Shown: positions 30,196-40,066 of the stretch, piece by piece
How the letters are laid out: each line of letters begins with the position of its first letter
How positions within the stretch are numbered: the stretch's first letter is position 1
Assembly: GCA_965223335.1 (NCBI GenBank)
Contig: OZ244991.1
Span: forward strand, 1,184,001 to 1,248,000
DNA length: 64,000 bases
Direction: 5' to 3'
From: Thermodesulfobacteriota bacterium
GTDB lineage: Bacteria > Desulfobacterota_D > UBA1144 > Nemesobacterales > UBA2774
Notes under the pieces: model-generated
The model's input: the letters and a program-made list of their open reading frames with translations, nothing else
The model's database searches: none
What the model was told of the DNA's origin: nothing
Made by a program: the position numbers and the translations under genes

Positions 30196-32049
30196 ATGAA
30201 CGAATTCAAACCACCAAAACCCCTACTCGTATATGACGGCGACTGCGGTTTTTGCCGTCTTTGGATCGAGTACTGGAAATCCCTTACCACAGACAGTGTG
30301 GATTATGAAACATCCCAAAACATAGCCCCCAGTATCTCCGGGATACAGAAATCAATATACGATAGATCGGTGGTCCTGATCATGCCCGACGGCGCTGTGT
30401 ATACCGGTGCCGAGGCGGTGTTTAGGAGCCTTTCGGTTAAATCTGGCCCGACACTCGGATTAAAGATGTATCAAGGTCTCCCGGGTTTCGCTTTTATCTC
30501 TCAGGCGCTTTATGGATTTGTTGCCTCGCATCGAGTGTTTGCTTCAAAGACCACACGTTTCCTATGGGGCACTAAGGTAGGGCCGCACAACCACACTCTA
30601 ACCATATCTATCTTTTACATCATATTGGGACTTGTCTATCTTGTTGCGTTCGGGTCGCTTTGGACTCAAATCCCCTTACTAATCGGTACCGACGGCATAC
30701 TCCCGGCCGATATCTATATGGAGGCGGCAAAAATAAACCATGGTTCGAGTGCCTATTATAAAATTCCTACACTAGCATGGATAAACAACAGTGATTCTTT
30801 TCTATCTATAATCGCGATTTTGGGTATGGTGTCGTCTCTTTTTGTGATTCTAAGGAGGTGCGTTCTCCCGGCCCTATTCGTTTGCTGGCTCTGTTATCTC
30901 TCGTTGGTCTCTGTGGGTCAGGTGTTTACCTCTTTCCAATGGGATAACTTACTTTTGGAAACCGGCTTGGTTGCTGTTTTGCTTTCTTTGGCAGGATTAT
31001 ACGGATATAAAAACAGCGTATCTATGATTGTAATATGGCTTGGTAGGTTCCTCTTGTTCCGGCTAATGTTTTCATCGGGCTATTTGAAACTTGCCAGCGG
31101 CGACCCTGTCTGGTCCGACCTCACCGCTCTTAGCTACCATTACATGACACAGCCGCTGCCTACGCCAACAGCGTGGTTCGTACACCATCTACCGCTTTGG
31201 TTCCATAAGCTCTCTGCAGTGATAATGCTCGTTATTGAGATAGTGGTTCCGTTTTTCATATTTACACCCCGCCGCCCCAGAATTGCCGCCGGAATAGTGT
31301 TGATAGGTCTCCAAGTCATGATTTTCATTACTGGGAATTACACCTTTTTTAATATATTGAGCATCGGGCTTGTATTTCTTCTGTTTGATGACACCTTCTT
31401 GCGTAGCTTTATACCCAGCAGGTTCCGAAACACGGACTTACTAACAAAGGTAGTCCGAACAGGTGCCGGTACCCGTACGGTAGTGAATAGTGTAGTAGTG
31501 ATTGTTGCAACGTTCATATTCTTGCTTGGACTCGTGCAGCTCGGCGGTGTTTTGGTGGGGTACCGAAACTTACCCGACCCGCTCATACAAAGCTTTAGAG
31601 CCATATACCCTTACCGTATAGTAAACGGTTACGGGCTATTTACGGTGATGACGACCGAGAGGCTCGAGATAGTGCTAGAGGGCTCCCGGGACGGGTCCGA
31701 GTGGAGAGAGTATGAGTTCAAGCATAAACCGGGCGGACTAGATAGGGGGTTGGGCTGGGTAGCCCCGCACCAGCCGCGCGTGGACTGGCAGATGTGGTTT
31801 GCGGCGCTTAGCAGCTATAGACAAAACCCCTGGCTTGTAAACATGGTGTTTATGATGCTCGAGGGCTCAGAGCAGGTAAAGGAGCTCTTTAGCAATGACC
31901 CCTTCCCCGACACCAATCCCAAGTACATACGTGCCAGCCTTTACAGTTACGAATTCACAGACCCCGGGGAGACCAAGGAAAACAACCGGGTGTGGAAACG
32001 AGAGCCCAGGGGTTTTTACTTACCGCCTCTATCGCTTGATATGAAGTAG
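30196..32049 (+). CDS. DCC1-like thiol-disulfide domain fused to lipase maturation factor (LMF1) domain
   Basis: YDGDCGFC; FQWDNLLLETG, HYMTQPLP, TGNYTFFN, PHQPRVDWQMWFAAL. Confidence 0.88.
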   Translation: MNEFKPPKPLLVYDGDCGFCRLWIEYWKSLTTDSVDYETSQNIAPSISGIQKSIYDRSVVLIMPDGAVYTGAEAVFRSLSVKSGPTLGLKMYQGLPGFAFISQALYGFVASHRVFASKTTRFLWGTKVGPHNHTLTISIFYIILGLVYLVAFGSLWTQIPLLIGTDGILPADIYMEAAKINHGSSAYYKIPTLAWINNSDSFLSIIAILGMVSSLFVILRRCVLPALFVCWLCYLSLVSVGQVFTSFQWDNLLLETGLVAVLLSLAGLYGYKNSVSMIVIWLGRFLLFRLMFSSGYLKLASGDPVWSDLTALSYHYMTQPLPTPTAWFVHHLPLWFHKLSAVIMLVIEIVVPFFIFTPRRPRIAAGIVLIGLQVMIFITGNYTFFNILSIGLVFLLFDDTFLRSFIPSRFRNTDLLTKVVRTGAGTRTVVNSVVVIVATFIFLLGLVQLGGVLVGYRNLPDPLIQSFRAIYPYRIVNGYGLFTVMTTERLEIVLEGSRDGSEWREYEFKHKPGGLDRGLGWVAPHQPRVDWQMWFAALSSYRQNPWLVNMVFMMLEGSEQVKELFSNDPFPDTNPKYIRASLYSYEFTDPGETKENNRVWKREPRGFYLPPLSLDMK

Positions 32050-32065
32050 TTTCGTAATAAGAGGC

Positions 32066-32449
32066 TTAATTCGCTGCAATGCAAGCCATTGTCTTTATTT
32101 GTGATTTTAGCACCCCGGCGTCTAGCTCAAATATGTTTAGCGATCTGTTTAGGGTCACCAAGCTTATATTCTCCACTGTTAATCTTTCACTGCCCTTAAC
32201 CCAGTACACACACACTATCATTTTTACGCCGTCAGGGTGAGTGATCATAATAGAACTATATTTTTCAATACCCATTATCACAGGGCTATCTGCCACAACT
32301 TTGGCTTCGTACCCGTCACTGTTGTACTCCACTATCAGTTCTGCAAACACGGGCAGCACTATATTCTCAAATACCCGGTCCACCCTATCTTCCAAATTCC
32401 AATCCGAGCTTTCATTCACAGTGTATCTCTCCGTAGCTTTTGTTTGCAA
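32066..32449 (-). CDS. Hypothetical protein
   Basis: 127-aa ORF co-oriented with and filling the gap next to DUF2237. Confidence 0.6.
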   Translation of the reverse strand: MQTKATERYTVNESSDWNLEDRVDRVFENIVLPVFAELIVEYNSDGYEAKVVADSPVIMGIEKYSSIMITHPDGVKMIVCVYWVKGSERLTVENISLVTLNRSLNIFELDAGVLKSQIKTMACIAAN

Positions 32450-32462
32450 AAATTAATGCTTA

Positions 32463-32840
32463 CTAGCTAAGGTCTAGCGCATATTTTTTCAGATCCTCAA
32501 GGCTCACCACCTCGAGTGCCGATTCGTGTGTAGAGACCAATACTACCGGGGGTGCTACCCCTGACTCAAGTGCGTCTTTCCATCTCTCGGCACATACACA
32601 CCACCGGTCTCCGGGTTTTAACCCTGGGAACTCAAAGTCCGGGTTAGGCGTGCTCAGATCGTTGCCCGCAGCTTTGGAGAATTCCAAAAACTCCTGGTTG
32701 ACCTCTACACAGATCACATGTCGGCCCAGGTCCTCGGGCCCCGATCGACAGCACCCGTCTCTATAAAAACCCGTCATGGGCGAAGTGGAACAGTCCTCGA
32801 GCTTACCGCCAAATACATTTTTCTCTTCATCTGTAGCCAT
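32463..32840 (-). CDS. DUF2237 family protein
   Basis: PMTGFYRDGCC, GNDLSTP, LKPGDRWCVCA. Confidence 0.92.
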   Translation of the reverse strand: MATDEEKNVFGGKLEDCSTSPMTGFYRDGCCRSGPEDLGRHVICVEVNQEFLEFSKAAGNDLSTPNPDFEFPGLKPGDRWCVCAERWKDALESGVAPPVVLVSTHESALEVVSLEDLKKYALDLS

Positions 32841-32867
32841 GCCTAGAGTCCTCCGCATTAAGCTTAG

Positions 32868-34727
32868 TTATCTCTGTACCGTGCCCGGGCGCTCCCAGGC
32901 GGTGTCTACACTATACTCCATTTCCACTTGGTCCGACGATAGCAGATTAATCAGATCATCGTTACGCTCTTTGGTATGTAATATAAAAGATTTTTCGTCG
33001 TCCCACATCTCATAGAGCGCCGAGAGAGTTTTCTCGTCGTGGTGTTTAAACACAAGCGATTTCCTGTGTGCTTCGTAAGCCCTATGTCCCAAGAGCACAA
33101 GTGCTTCTGCGCCCAGCTCAAGAGCCGAGCTAAAGGTCTCTCGCCTTATGATCTTTACCCCCCTTTTCATCAGCTCATATGTGTGTCTGCGGTCAAACGA
33201 CCTGGCTAGTATCGTTAAGTTCGGGAAGTGTTTCGTTACAGTCTCTGCAACCTCAAGTGCTTTTTCTTTATCATCTATCGCGAGCACAAAGAGTTTAGCG
33301 TCTGCGGCTCCTGCCGAATGTAGGAGCTCTATACGCGAGGCGTCTCCATAAAATATTTTGTACCCGAACTTCCTAAGCATCTCTATTTGACCCGGTTTAT
33401 GGTCAAGGACTGTTGTACCTATCTTGTTCGCGTGCAACAGTCGGCCTGTAATCTGCCCGAACCTGCCGAATCCGGCGATTATAACCGAGTTCTGTTCATC
33501 AATTATATCATGTTTCTTTTCGGGTTCTCTGGTTTTAATGAGCGGTGAAATCAGTTTTTCGTTCAATATCAACAGGATCGGTGCCACAAACATGGATATA
33601 GCCACTACCAATATTAGAGTGTCTGTGTAAGCCGCAGGAATCACGTTGTTCTGTGTCGCAAAAGCAAACAGCACAAACGCAAACTCCCCGCCCTCTGCGA
33701 GCGCAAACGAAAAGAGCAGGTTATCTCTCAGCCGTAGATTAAAGGCTCTACCGAGCGCAAATAAAACTACAAATTTAAGTGCCATGATCGATAACACCAG
33801 TGCAGTTATTAATACCGCTTCACTGAAAAGCAGATTAAAATTAATGATTGCCCCCACAGAGATGAAAAACAGCCCCAGCAATAGTCCCTTAAAAGGCTCA
33901 ATATTGGACTCAAGCTCGTGACGGTACTCGCTCTCTGCAAGCACCACACCAGCCAAGAATGTGCCCAATGCCGGCGAGAGTCCCACCATCTGCATCAAAA
34001 GCGCTATACCAATCACAATAAGCAGTGCAAACGCTGTAAACACGTCCCTCAGTTTGGTCTCGGCAATAAAACGGAATATGTATCTGGCAAAAAACCTTCC
34101 CACTGCTACTATACCAACCATTATGGCTACCACCATAAGCGCCTGCTGCCAGCCCGCCATAGTTTGGAACCCGCTCGAGCCGTGGGAATCCGTTACAACC
34201 GGCTGTGTGACTGCCAGTAGCGGCATAAGAGCCAACATCGGTATAATGGCTATGTCTTGAAACAAGAGCACAGAAAAACTTGATTCCCCTGCCTCGGTCT
34301 TCATAAGGCCCTTTTCCGTTAGGGTTTGCAGGATTATGGCTGTTGACGAGAGTGCCAGTGTTAAGCCTATGGCTAATGATATCCGCCAGTCCTTTATGAA
34401 ATAGGTTGCCACAGCCGCAATCATAATTGACGTAATTACTACCTGCAGTCCCCCGAGTCCCACTATAGGTTTTCTTAGCTTCCAGAGTAACGAGGGTTTT
34501 AGTTCGAGCCCGACTAAAAATAGCATCATTACCACCCCGAACTCGGCAAAGTGCATGACCTCTTTTGTGTCCTTGCCCAAAAACCCGAACACATACGGTC
34601 CAATTGCAATGCCGGCTATCAGGTACCCCAACACCGAGCCCAGCCCCAGCCGCTTTGCAATTGGTACTGATATTACCGCTGCTAACAGGTATACGAATGC
34701 GCTGAATAGAAAGCCTTCTCCTTCCAT
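32868..34727 (-). CDS. kefC: Glutathione-regulated K+ efflux protein (CPA2 plus KTN domain)
   Basis: LGLGSVLGYL, LLFQD, YRHELESNIEPFKGLLLGLFF, GFGRFG. Confidence 0.9.
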   Translation of the reverse strand: MEGEGFLFSAFVYLLAAVISVPIAKRLGLGSVLGYLIAGIAIGPYVFGFLGKDTKEVMHFAEFGVVMMLFLVGLELKPSLLWKLRKPIVGLGGLQVVITSIMIAAVATYFIKDWRISLAIGLTLALSSTAIILQTLTEKGLMKTEAGESSFSVLLFQDIAIIPMLALMPLLAVTQPVVTDSHGSSGFQTMAGWQQALMVVAIMVGIVAVGRFFARYIFRFIAETKLRDVFTAFALLIVIGIALLMQMVGLSPALGTFLAGVVLAESEYRHELESNIEPFKGLLLGLFFISVGAIINFNLLFSEAVLITALVLSIMALKFVVLFALGRAFNLRLRDNLLFSFALAEGGEFAFVLFAFATQNNVIPAAYTDTLILVVAISMFVAPILLILNEKLISPLIKTREPEKKHDIIDEQNSVIIAGFGRFGQITGRLLHANKIGTTVLDHKPGQIEMLRKFGYKIFYGDASRIELLHSAGAADAKLFVLAIDDKEKALEVAETVTKHFPNLTILARSFDRRHTYELMKRGVKIIRRETFSSALELGAEALVLLGHRAYEAHRKSLVFKHHDEKTLSALYEMWDDEKSFILHTKERNDDLINLLSSDQVEMEYSVDTAWERPGTVQR

Positions 34728-34729
34728 AG

Positions 34730-35347
34730 CTACACACTCCAGGATTCAAATTTGTCTAAATAATATGAGTTTAATGATTCGAAACGCATGGCACTTTCCA
34801 GATCAAATTCACCACTTGCAATAGAATCGAGAATGTTTGAGTACATATCCGAATAGACCGCAATATCTCGGGGCTCTGTCAATTCGTGGGTGCCGTATAC
34901 TACAAACGGCGGGGCGTATCTCATTCTGCAGAGGTTTGCGGTCTGTTTAAAGGGCAAAAGAAACTCACTTAAGCTGTGTTCGTGAATACCCTCTTTCTGA
35001 TATGCCAAGGACCCCCCGCCGGTCGTAACGGCGTTAAAGAGGACCTTGTTCTCAAGCGCCGTACCCCCCTCTCCGTATGCAAATCCGTACTCGAGCACCA
35101 GGTCCATCCACTCTTTTATTATGGATGGTGAGCTGTACCAATATATGGGGTGCTGGAGTACCACAACATCGTGCGAGACTAATCGGGCCTGCTCTTGTTC
35201 AACATCTATTATAAAATCCGGATAAGATTCGTATAGATCGACGAGTGTTATGTGGTCTTTGTTTCCGAGTGCTTCTGCAAGTTTTATGTTTACTTTTGAT
35301 TTCTGAAGTGCAGGGTGTGCGAATATTACAAGGATCCGTTTTTCCAT
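34730..35347 (-). CDS. kefF: KefF/KefG-like NAD(P)H oxidoreductase
   Basis: AHP..S..N, QHPIYWYS, GFAYG; directly upstream of kefC. Confidence 0.85.
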   Translation of the reverse strand: MEKRILVIFAHPALQKSKVNIKLAEALGNKDHITLVDLYESYPDFIIDVEQEQARLVSHDVVVLQHPIYWYSSPSIIKEWMDLVLEYGFAYGEGGTALENKVLFNAVTTGGGSLAYQKEGIHEHSLSEFLLPFKQTANLCRMRYAPPFVVYGTHELTEPRDIAVYSDMYSNILDSIASGEFDLESAMRFESLNSYYLDKFESWSV

Positions 35348-35405
35348 ATTCGATTATCCTCGATGTGTCCAAGTGGGTTCACAGTGATCACATAGCTATC
35401 ATTTG

Positions 35406-36593
35406 TTACTGATTTGCTTTACCCTTGTGATTTTTAAATGTGATCTGCAGCACCCCGCTTTCGAGGTGGGCTTTTTTAACATTCATCTTGGCCAGGAAGT
35501 TGGGTAGAAATATGTTCCTGCGCTGGTTATCAACCTGTATCGTCAGTTCGTCACCTACCTGGTGTAGATCGACGTCGCGTTTCTTAACAAACGGCAGCTT
35601 GAGGTAGATCTTGTACTCTCCCTCTTCTTTCTCCAGATGGTACGGCTTGTCATCATACATTATGTCCGAGGGGTTAGTGTTCGCAAACAGTGTGGCGCCG
35701 AATTTCTCTATGTCCTCCCATCCCATAACCTCTTTCGGAAATAGCGGGGCCTCGAGCGTAGGTAGGGGGCTAAAATGCTCGTCAACCTCCTTTCTATAAG
35801 CCTGCTGGTATTTCCTCCACTCTTTAAAGTAGGGGTGGTCAAGCTCCTCGGGCATTGTGCGGTTGAGCACTATTGCGTCTACGGGGTAGCCGTACAGGTT
35901 TAGGTAGGTGTATGCTCTTTGGGTCTCTTTAATCACCATTTTCTCCAGGTTCATTACAAGGCGTATAGAGGTGATCTCTGAGTCCGAAAACACCTTGTGT
36001 ATGGCATCAAGCTTCTCGAACAGGTCCTCTATGGCATCGTAGGTTTTTTCCTCGGGAAGCGGCATGTCGGAAACAACCTTAACTGCGGGCCTCACTACCT
36101 TAAGCAGTTTTCTCTCGATGGGAAACACCTTTACGATCCACCATCTGGCTACATCGGGTAGCGACAAGAGCCTAAGCGTCTCGCCCGTAGGTGCACTGTC
36201 TACAACAATCACATCGTACGTGTCGTCGGTGTAATGACTGTATACCCAAAGGAAGCAAGAGACCTCTTCCATACCCGGGAACACGCTGAATTCCTCTGCC
36301 AGTATATCGTCTACGTTCATCCAGTTAAATAACGACTGGATGTAGCTTCGCAATTTGCCCCAGTATTTGTCTATAGAGTAGTAAACGTCTATTTCCTGTG
36401 CATAGAGGTTGGGTTTGATTTCCTTTGGTTCCGGGCCCAGTTTCATATCGAGCGCATCACCCAAGCTGTGCGCGGGATCGGTCGATATTACAAGTGTTTT
36501 AAGTCCCCGCCGCGCGGTCTCTGCAGCAGTGGCAGCGGCAGTCGTTGTTTTCCCCACCCCGCCTTTTCCGGTGTACAAGATTATTCTAGCCAT
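35406..36593 (-). CDS. ArsA/GET3-family ATPase with C-terminal HSP20-like domain
   Basis: GKGGVGKT, STDPAHSL, DSAPTG; C-terminal GDELTIQVDNQRRNI...GVLQITF. Confidence 0.9.
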   Translation of the reverse strand: MARIILYTGKGGVGKTTTAAATAAETARRGLKTLVISTDPAHSLGDALDMKLGPEPKEIKPNLYAQEIDVYYSIDKYWGKLRSYIQSLFNWMNVDDILAEEFSVFPGMEEVSCFLWVYSHYTDDTYDVIVVDSAPTGETLRLLSLPDVARWWIVKVFPIERKLLKVVRPAVKVVSDMPLPEEKTYDAIEDLFEKLDAIHKVFSDSEITSIRLVMNLEKMVIKETQRAYTYLNLYGYPVDAIVLNRTMPEELDHPYFKEWRKYQQAYRKEVDEHFSPLPTLEAPLFPKEVMGWEDIEKFGATLFANTNPSDIMYDDKPYHLEKEEGEYKIYLKLPFVKKRDVDLHQVGDELTIQVDNQRRNIFLPNFLAKMNVKKAHLESGVLQITFKNHKGKANQ

Positions 36594-36712
36594 AGTAACT
36601 TCCCCATATAATTTCTCGTGTTTGATTCATTTTACCATCTTTGCCTGTTCTTGACATAAGTATATAGAACCATATTATTAATATCCGATATTAATTGCAG
36701 AGGTACGGACTG

Positions 36713-36859
36713 ATGACAAACACTCAAGAGCCTACAACATCTCAGAAAAGCGAAGGCATCTCAGCTATATTTGTAATCCTACCCTTGGCGGTCTTAGCTG
36801 CCACAGTTCTGCTGGCAATTGCCGGCGTATACAGCACCTTTATAAACCCGACGTTTTAG
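36713..36859 (+). CDS. 48-aa single-TM small protein, not in the ORF track
   Basis: MTNTQEPTTSQKSEGISAIFVILPLAVLAATVLLAIAGVYSTFINPTF*; SD AGAGG; TTGACA-16-TATTAT upstream. Confidence 0.6.
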   Translation: MTNTQEPTTSQKSEGISAIFVILPLAVLAATVLLAIAGVYSTFINPTF

Positions 36860-37100
36860 CTCCTGTTTTTCCATATTCGGGGCTCGGTCGACTAGGTGTT
36901 GGGGTTGGTATATTTAGACCGAGACAACCCTAAGTGTGAATTACTAGATCCTTCCTATTCTCAAATTCAAGTAAAAAAAGATTTGCGAAATACATTAATA
37001 ATATGTTATGGTAAAGCCCGAGGTGCAGATACGGTCACTTAAACGCTTGCTTGAGTGAGGGGTTGGGACAGCATTTCACCTATATATTGGAGGGTCTACA

Positions 37101-37931
37101 ATGGAAAAGGATCGTATGACTTTACTCCTTGTAACTCCTGGGAGTAAAGGAGCCAAGTCTATTAACATCAAGATTTCCCATTTCAGGTATGCATTTATAT
37201 TCCTATTTGTTTTTGCACTAATATCTGTTGTTGCTATAGCGTCAACCTTTACCTTCTATCAAAAGTCCGAAGGCAAAAAAGAGTCAATAAACGAGCTTGT
37301 AAACACTGTTCAGGCTCTTAACCAGGACCTTAACCAAAGCGAGGTTGTAGAGGCTAAGCTAAGAACCAAGCTAAAAAATATTGAAACCAAGCTTATAGAG
37401 ATGCAAAAACTGCTCGACAAAAAGGGGCTTAAAAACGAGCTATCCGTTGGCGGTGAATATATCCCCGCCGACAGGCTTAGCGTGTCTTATGTGGAGTTCA
37501 TGCAAAAAGACATAGACGAGCTCTTGAGTACAATAGAAAAATTCCCCGTGGGCAAACCACTTAAAGGTAGAATAAATTCATCCTACGGCTATAGGAAAGA
37601 CCCCTACAGATCCAGACTGGCCTTTCATTCCGGCATTGATCTAGATGCCTATCACGGACAGTCCGTCCTGGTTACGGCAGACGGCACAGTTACGGAGGCC
37701 GGGTGGAAGTCGAGCTACGGCAAAGCAGTTGTGGTTAGACACAAGGACAACTTCAAAACCCTCTATGGCCATCTGTCCGCGATCAAAGTAAAAGAGGGCC
37801 AAAAGGTAAAAGCCGGCCAGGTAATTGGCAAGGCCGGGTCCACAGGCCGCTCTACCGGCACACACCTGCACTACGAGATCATAAAAGACGGCAAGACTAT
37901 AAATCCAAAAAAATATTTAACCTTAAAATAG
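37101..37931 (+). CDS. M23 family peptidase with TM anchor and coiled coil
   Basis: HSGID, YGHL, GSTGRSTGTHLHYE. Confidence 0.93.
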   Translation: MEKDRMTLLLVTPGSKGAKSINIKISHFRYAFIFLFVFALISVVAIASTFTFYQKSEGKKESINELVNTVQALNQDLNQSEVVEAKLRTKLKNIETKLIEMQKLLDKKGLKNELSVGGEYIPADRLSVSYVEFMQKDIDELLSTIEKFPVGKPLKGRINSSYGYRKDPYRSRLAFHSGIDLDAYHGQSVLVTADGTVTEAGWKSSYGKAVVVRHKDNFKTLYGHLSAIKVKEGQKVKAGQVIGKAGSTGRSTGTHLHYEIIKDGKTINPKKYLTLK

Positions 37932-37933
37932 CT

Positions 37934-38395
37934 ATGGGAATGTTCGATAAAAAAAAGGGGAAACAGTCCAACCATAAACCCGAGTCCTCCGCCCGGAACC
38001 AGATTACCACGTTAATAGCCGAGGGTAGTTTGTTCGAGGGCAACCTGACCTGCTCCACATCCACACGGATCGACGGCAGGTTACAGGGCAAACTGACCGG
38101 TGAAAACACGGTTATAGTGGGCGAGACGGGTTTTATAGACGGCGAGGTCCACGCCCACGAGGTTGTGGTTTATGGGAAGATTGAGGGTGTTATCGAATCC
38201 AAACGTATGGAGATCAAGCACACTGGCAGCGTTGAGGGTGATACATTCATAGACTCTTTAGTAGTTGAAGAGGGTGGGGTGTACAACGGTCGGTGCTCCA
38301 TGAGCCATACTCACGAGAGTATCTACATCGAGGCCTCGGGCGATAATGTAAAGGAGATTCAGCCCGCAGCCGAAGTCATGGAAGCGGATTCATAA
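37934..38395 (+). CDS. Bactofilin (polymer-forming cytoskeletal protein)
   Basis: TLIAEGSLFEGNL, RIDGRLQG, VEGD..LVVEEGGVYNGRCSM. Confidence 0.9.
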   Translation: MGMFDKKKGKQSNHKPESSARNQITTLIAEGSLFEGNLTCSTSTRIDGRLQGKLTGENTVIVGETGFIDGEVHAHEVVVYGKIEGVIESKRMEIKHTGSVEGDTFIDSLVVEEGGVYNGRCSMSHTHESIYIEASGDNVKEIQPAAEVMEADS

Positions 38396-38463
38396 CCTGT
38401 CCCAGATCTAGACAACTCGTTGCACCTGCCGATAGTTGTGTTAATTGGCCGGTATAGCTGAAC

Positions 38464-38916
38464 TTAATGATGGTGTTGGTGCATCTTGGTGTCTTTTACC
38501 AAAGCTTCTATCTCGATGCTCCCCGCTCTCTCAAATTCCAATATCAATTTAGCGCTATCACCATCAGCAACCGAGCTTTTTACATCGATAAGCATCAGAT
38601 GTGTGGCCCCGGGTTTAAGCTCCACGGTCGTATTTTTAGGGATCTCAAGCCACTCTAGTTTTTTCATCGTAGCCACGTCGTTTGAGTCCACCTCTGTCGT
38701 GTGCATCTCAGCCGTGGATGCGAAATCAGAAGTAACAGCCACCAGCTTGTCATCCTCCCCACCGCTGTTTTCTATGGTGAAGTAGGCGGCTGTGACGGTT
38801 GAGCCCTCGGGCAACGCCCTTATCCAGGCGTCTGATATTTTTATGCTTGATTCCCCATAAGCGCTTATGGTTACCGCGATTACTAAGAGTGCGGATACGA
38901 AGGTTTTTCTAATCAA
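38464..38916 (-). CDS. Copper chaperone PCu(A)C
   Basis: DAWIRA, TAAYF, EMH...M...PGATHLML, His-rich tail. Confidence 0.92.
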   Translation of the reverse strand: MIRKTFVSALLVIAVTISAYGESSIKISDAWIRALPEGSTVTAAYFTIENSGGEDDKLVAVTSDFASTAEMHTTEVDSNDVATMKKLEWLEIPKNTTVELKPGATHLMLIDVKSSVADGDSAKLILEFERAGSIEIEALVKDTKMHQHHH

Positions 38917-38930
38917 TTCTATGCTCCTTT

Positions 38931-39539
38931 TTATCGAATTCTCTCTATATCTTTTGCGATTTCTTTGGGGTCATGTCTGTTTTGCGGGTAGCGTACCTGG
39001 AAGTTCCCGTCTTCGTCTATTAAGAGCACCGACGAGGTGTGTCCCATCAAGTAACCCGCCTCTGTATCGGTCTCTTCTTTTGTATAGAACACACGGTAGG
39101 CTTCCGCCACCTCTTTTATCTCATCGCTACTGCCTGTAAGCCCTATGAACCCGTTATTAAAATGAGACACATAGCTCTTTAATTTCTCGGGTGTGTCGCG
39201 CTCGGGGTCGACTGTGATAAACACTGCCTCGACCTTGTCGTTTTCGTTCTCTAGGTTATTGATAGCGCTGTTTATCACCGACAGTGTTACAGGGCAGATA
39301 TCCGGACAGTGCGTATAACCAAAGAACAACAGCACCACCTTGCCTTTTAGATCCGTGAGACTAGTCTGCCCACCGTCTTGGTTGGTTAGAGTAAACTCCG
39401 GGGCTTTCCCATCGTAAGCAATACCATACAACTCACTCTTTTTATTTATAGAGTGCAATTGGTACAGGATCACAGCCCAGCCCGCAACAAGCAGCAGAAA
39501 AATGACAGCTAGTATATATAGGTATTTCTTCTTTTTCAT
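38931..39539 (-). CDS. SCO1/SenC copper protein
   Basis: FFGYTHCPDICP, TVDPERD, GH. Confidence 0.95.
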   Translation of the reverse strand: MKKKKYLYILAVIFLLLVAGWAVILYQLHSINKKSELYGIAYDGKAPEFTLTNQDGGQTSLTDLKGKVVLLFFGYTHCPDICPVTLSVINSAINNLENENDKVEAVFITVDPERDTPEKLKSYVSHFNNGFIGLTGSSDEIKEVAEAYRVFYTKEETDTEAGYLMGHTSSVLLIDEDGNFQVRYPQNRHDPKEIAKDIERIR

Positions 39540-39624
39540 AGGTTGGATAATCCTTCGGTGTTGATGTGCCCTAATTAATATGCCCTAGATTTTGGGTGAG
39601 TAAATATGTGGTGTTTCAGGGCTC

Positions 39625-39721
39625 CAAATACAACAAGAGGGAATGTCCAAGTTTTGGTCTCGAACATTCCCACTTTAAAGGAGGATGGAGGATGATTTGT
39701 TAAGTATTGCAGTTAAGATAC
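39625..39721 (-). ncRNA. Candidate sRNA with tandem CCUCC motifs
   Basis: TTGACA-17-TATTTT (39756-39728); UCCUCCAUCCUCCUUU; 13-bp stem with G-U pairs on the minus strand (39639-39671) followed by a U-rich tail. Confidence 0.55.
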
Positions 39722-40066
39722 ATAATAAAAATAAAGTATTTTACTTAAGTTGTCAAGCCTATTTTTTCAACCTATTTCAAATTATCAAAATATTCATTCA
39801 TATGAATAAGTTACGACACGGTATTTGGACGGATAAATAGACGATTTTGGTAGTTTCTCAGTATTTTACAGATCCTTATTGTATTAATATGATACGGTTT
39901 TAAAGCTATTCTTCACGATTCTCTAGACTTATCTCTACGGTATAATCATCTTGAAAGTTAAATGAGCCATGATATATTTGATAGTCCTTTTGGTGATTAT
40001 AATTATATAGGTGTTAGTATAGGGTAGCTGGGTGCGGGGTTAGTCTTCTATTAATCAATCTAAAAA

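Noticed and set aside
33910..34749. 279-aa alternative-frame ORF and the many antisense ORFs in the track
   Set aside because: They overlap well-supported genes and have no recognisable motifs; treated as shadow ORFs
35406..36593. Arsenic-resistance ArsA
   Set aside because: Single ATPase domain, lacks the metalloid-binding Cys set, and no arsB/acr3/arsC/arsD nearby
37015..37100. Riboswitch in the M23 peptidase leader
   Set aside because: A modest hairpin is present, but I could not match c-di-GMP, c-di-AMP or other known aptamer consensus
39677..39703. Plus-strand small ORF after the strong AAAGGAGG
   Set aside because: Gives only M-I-C-stop or a 5-codon peptide; better explained as a minus-strand CCUCC motif
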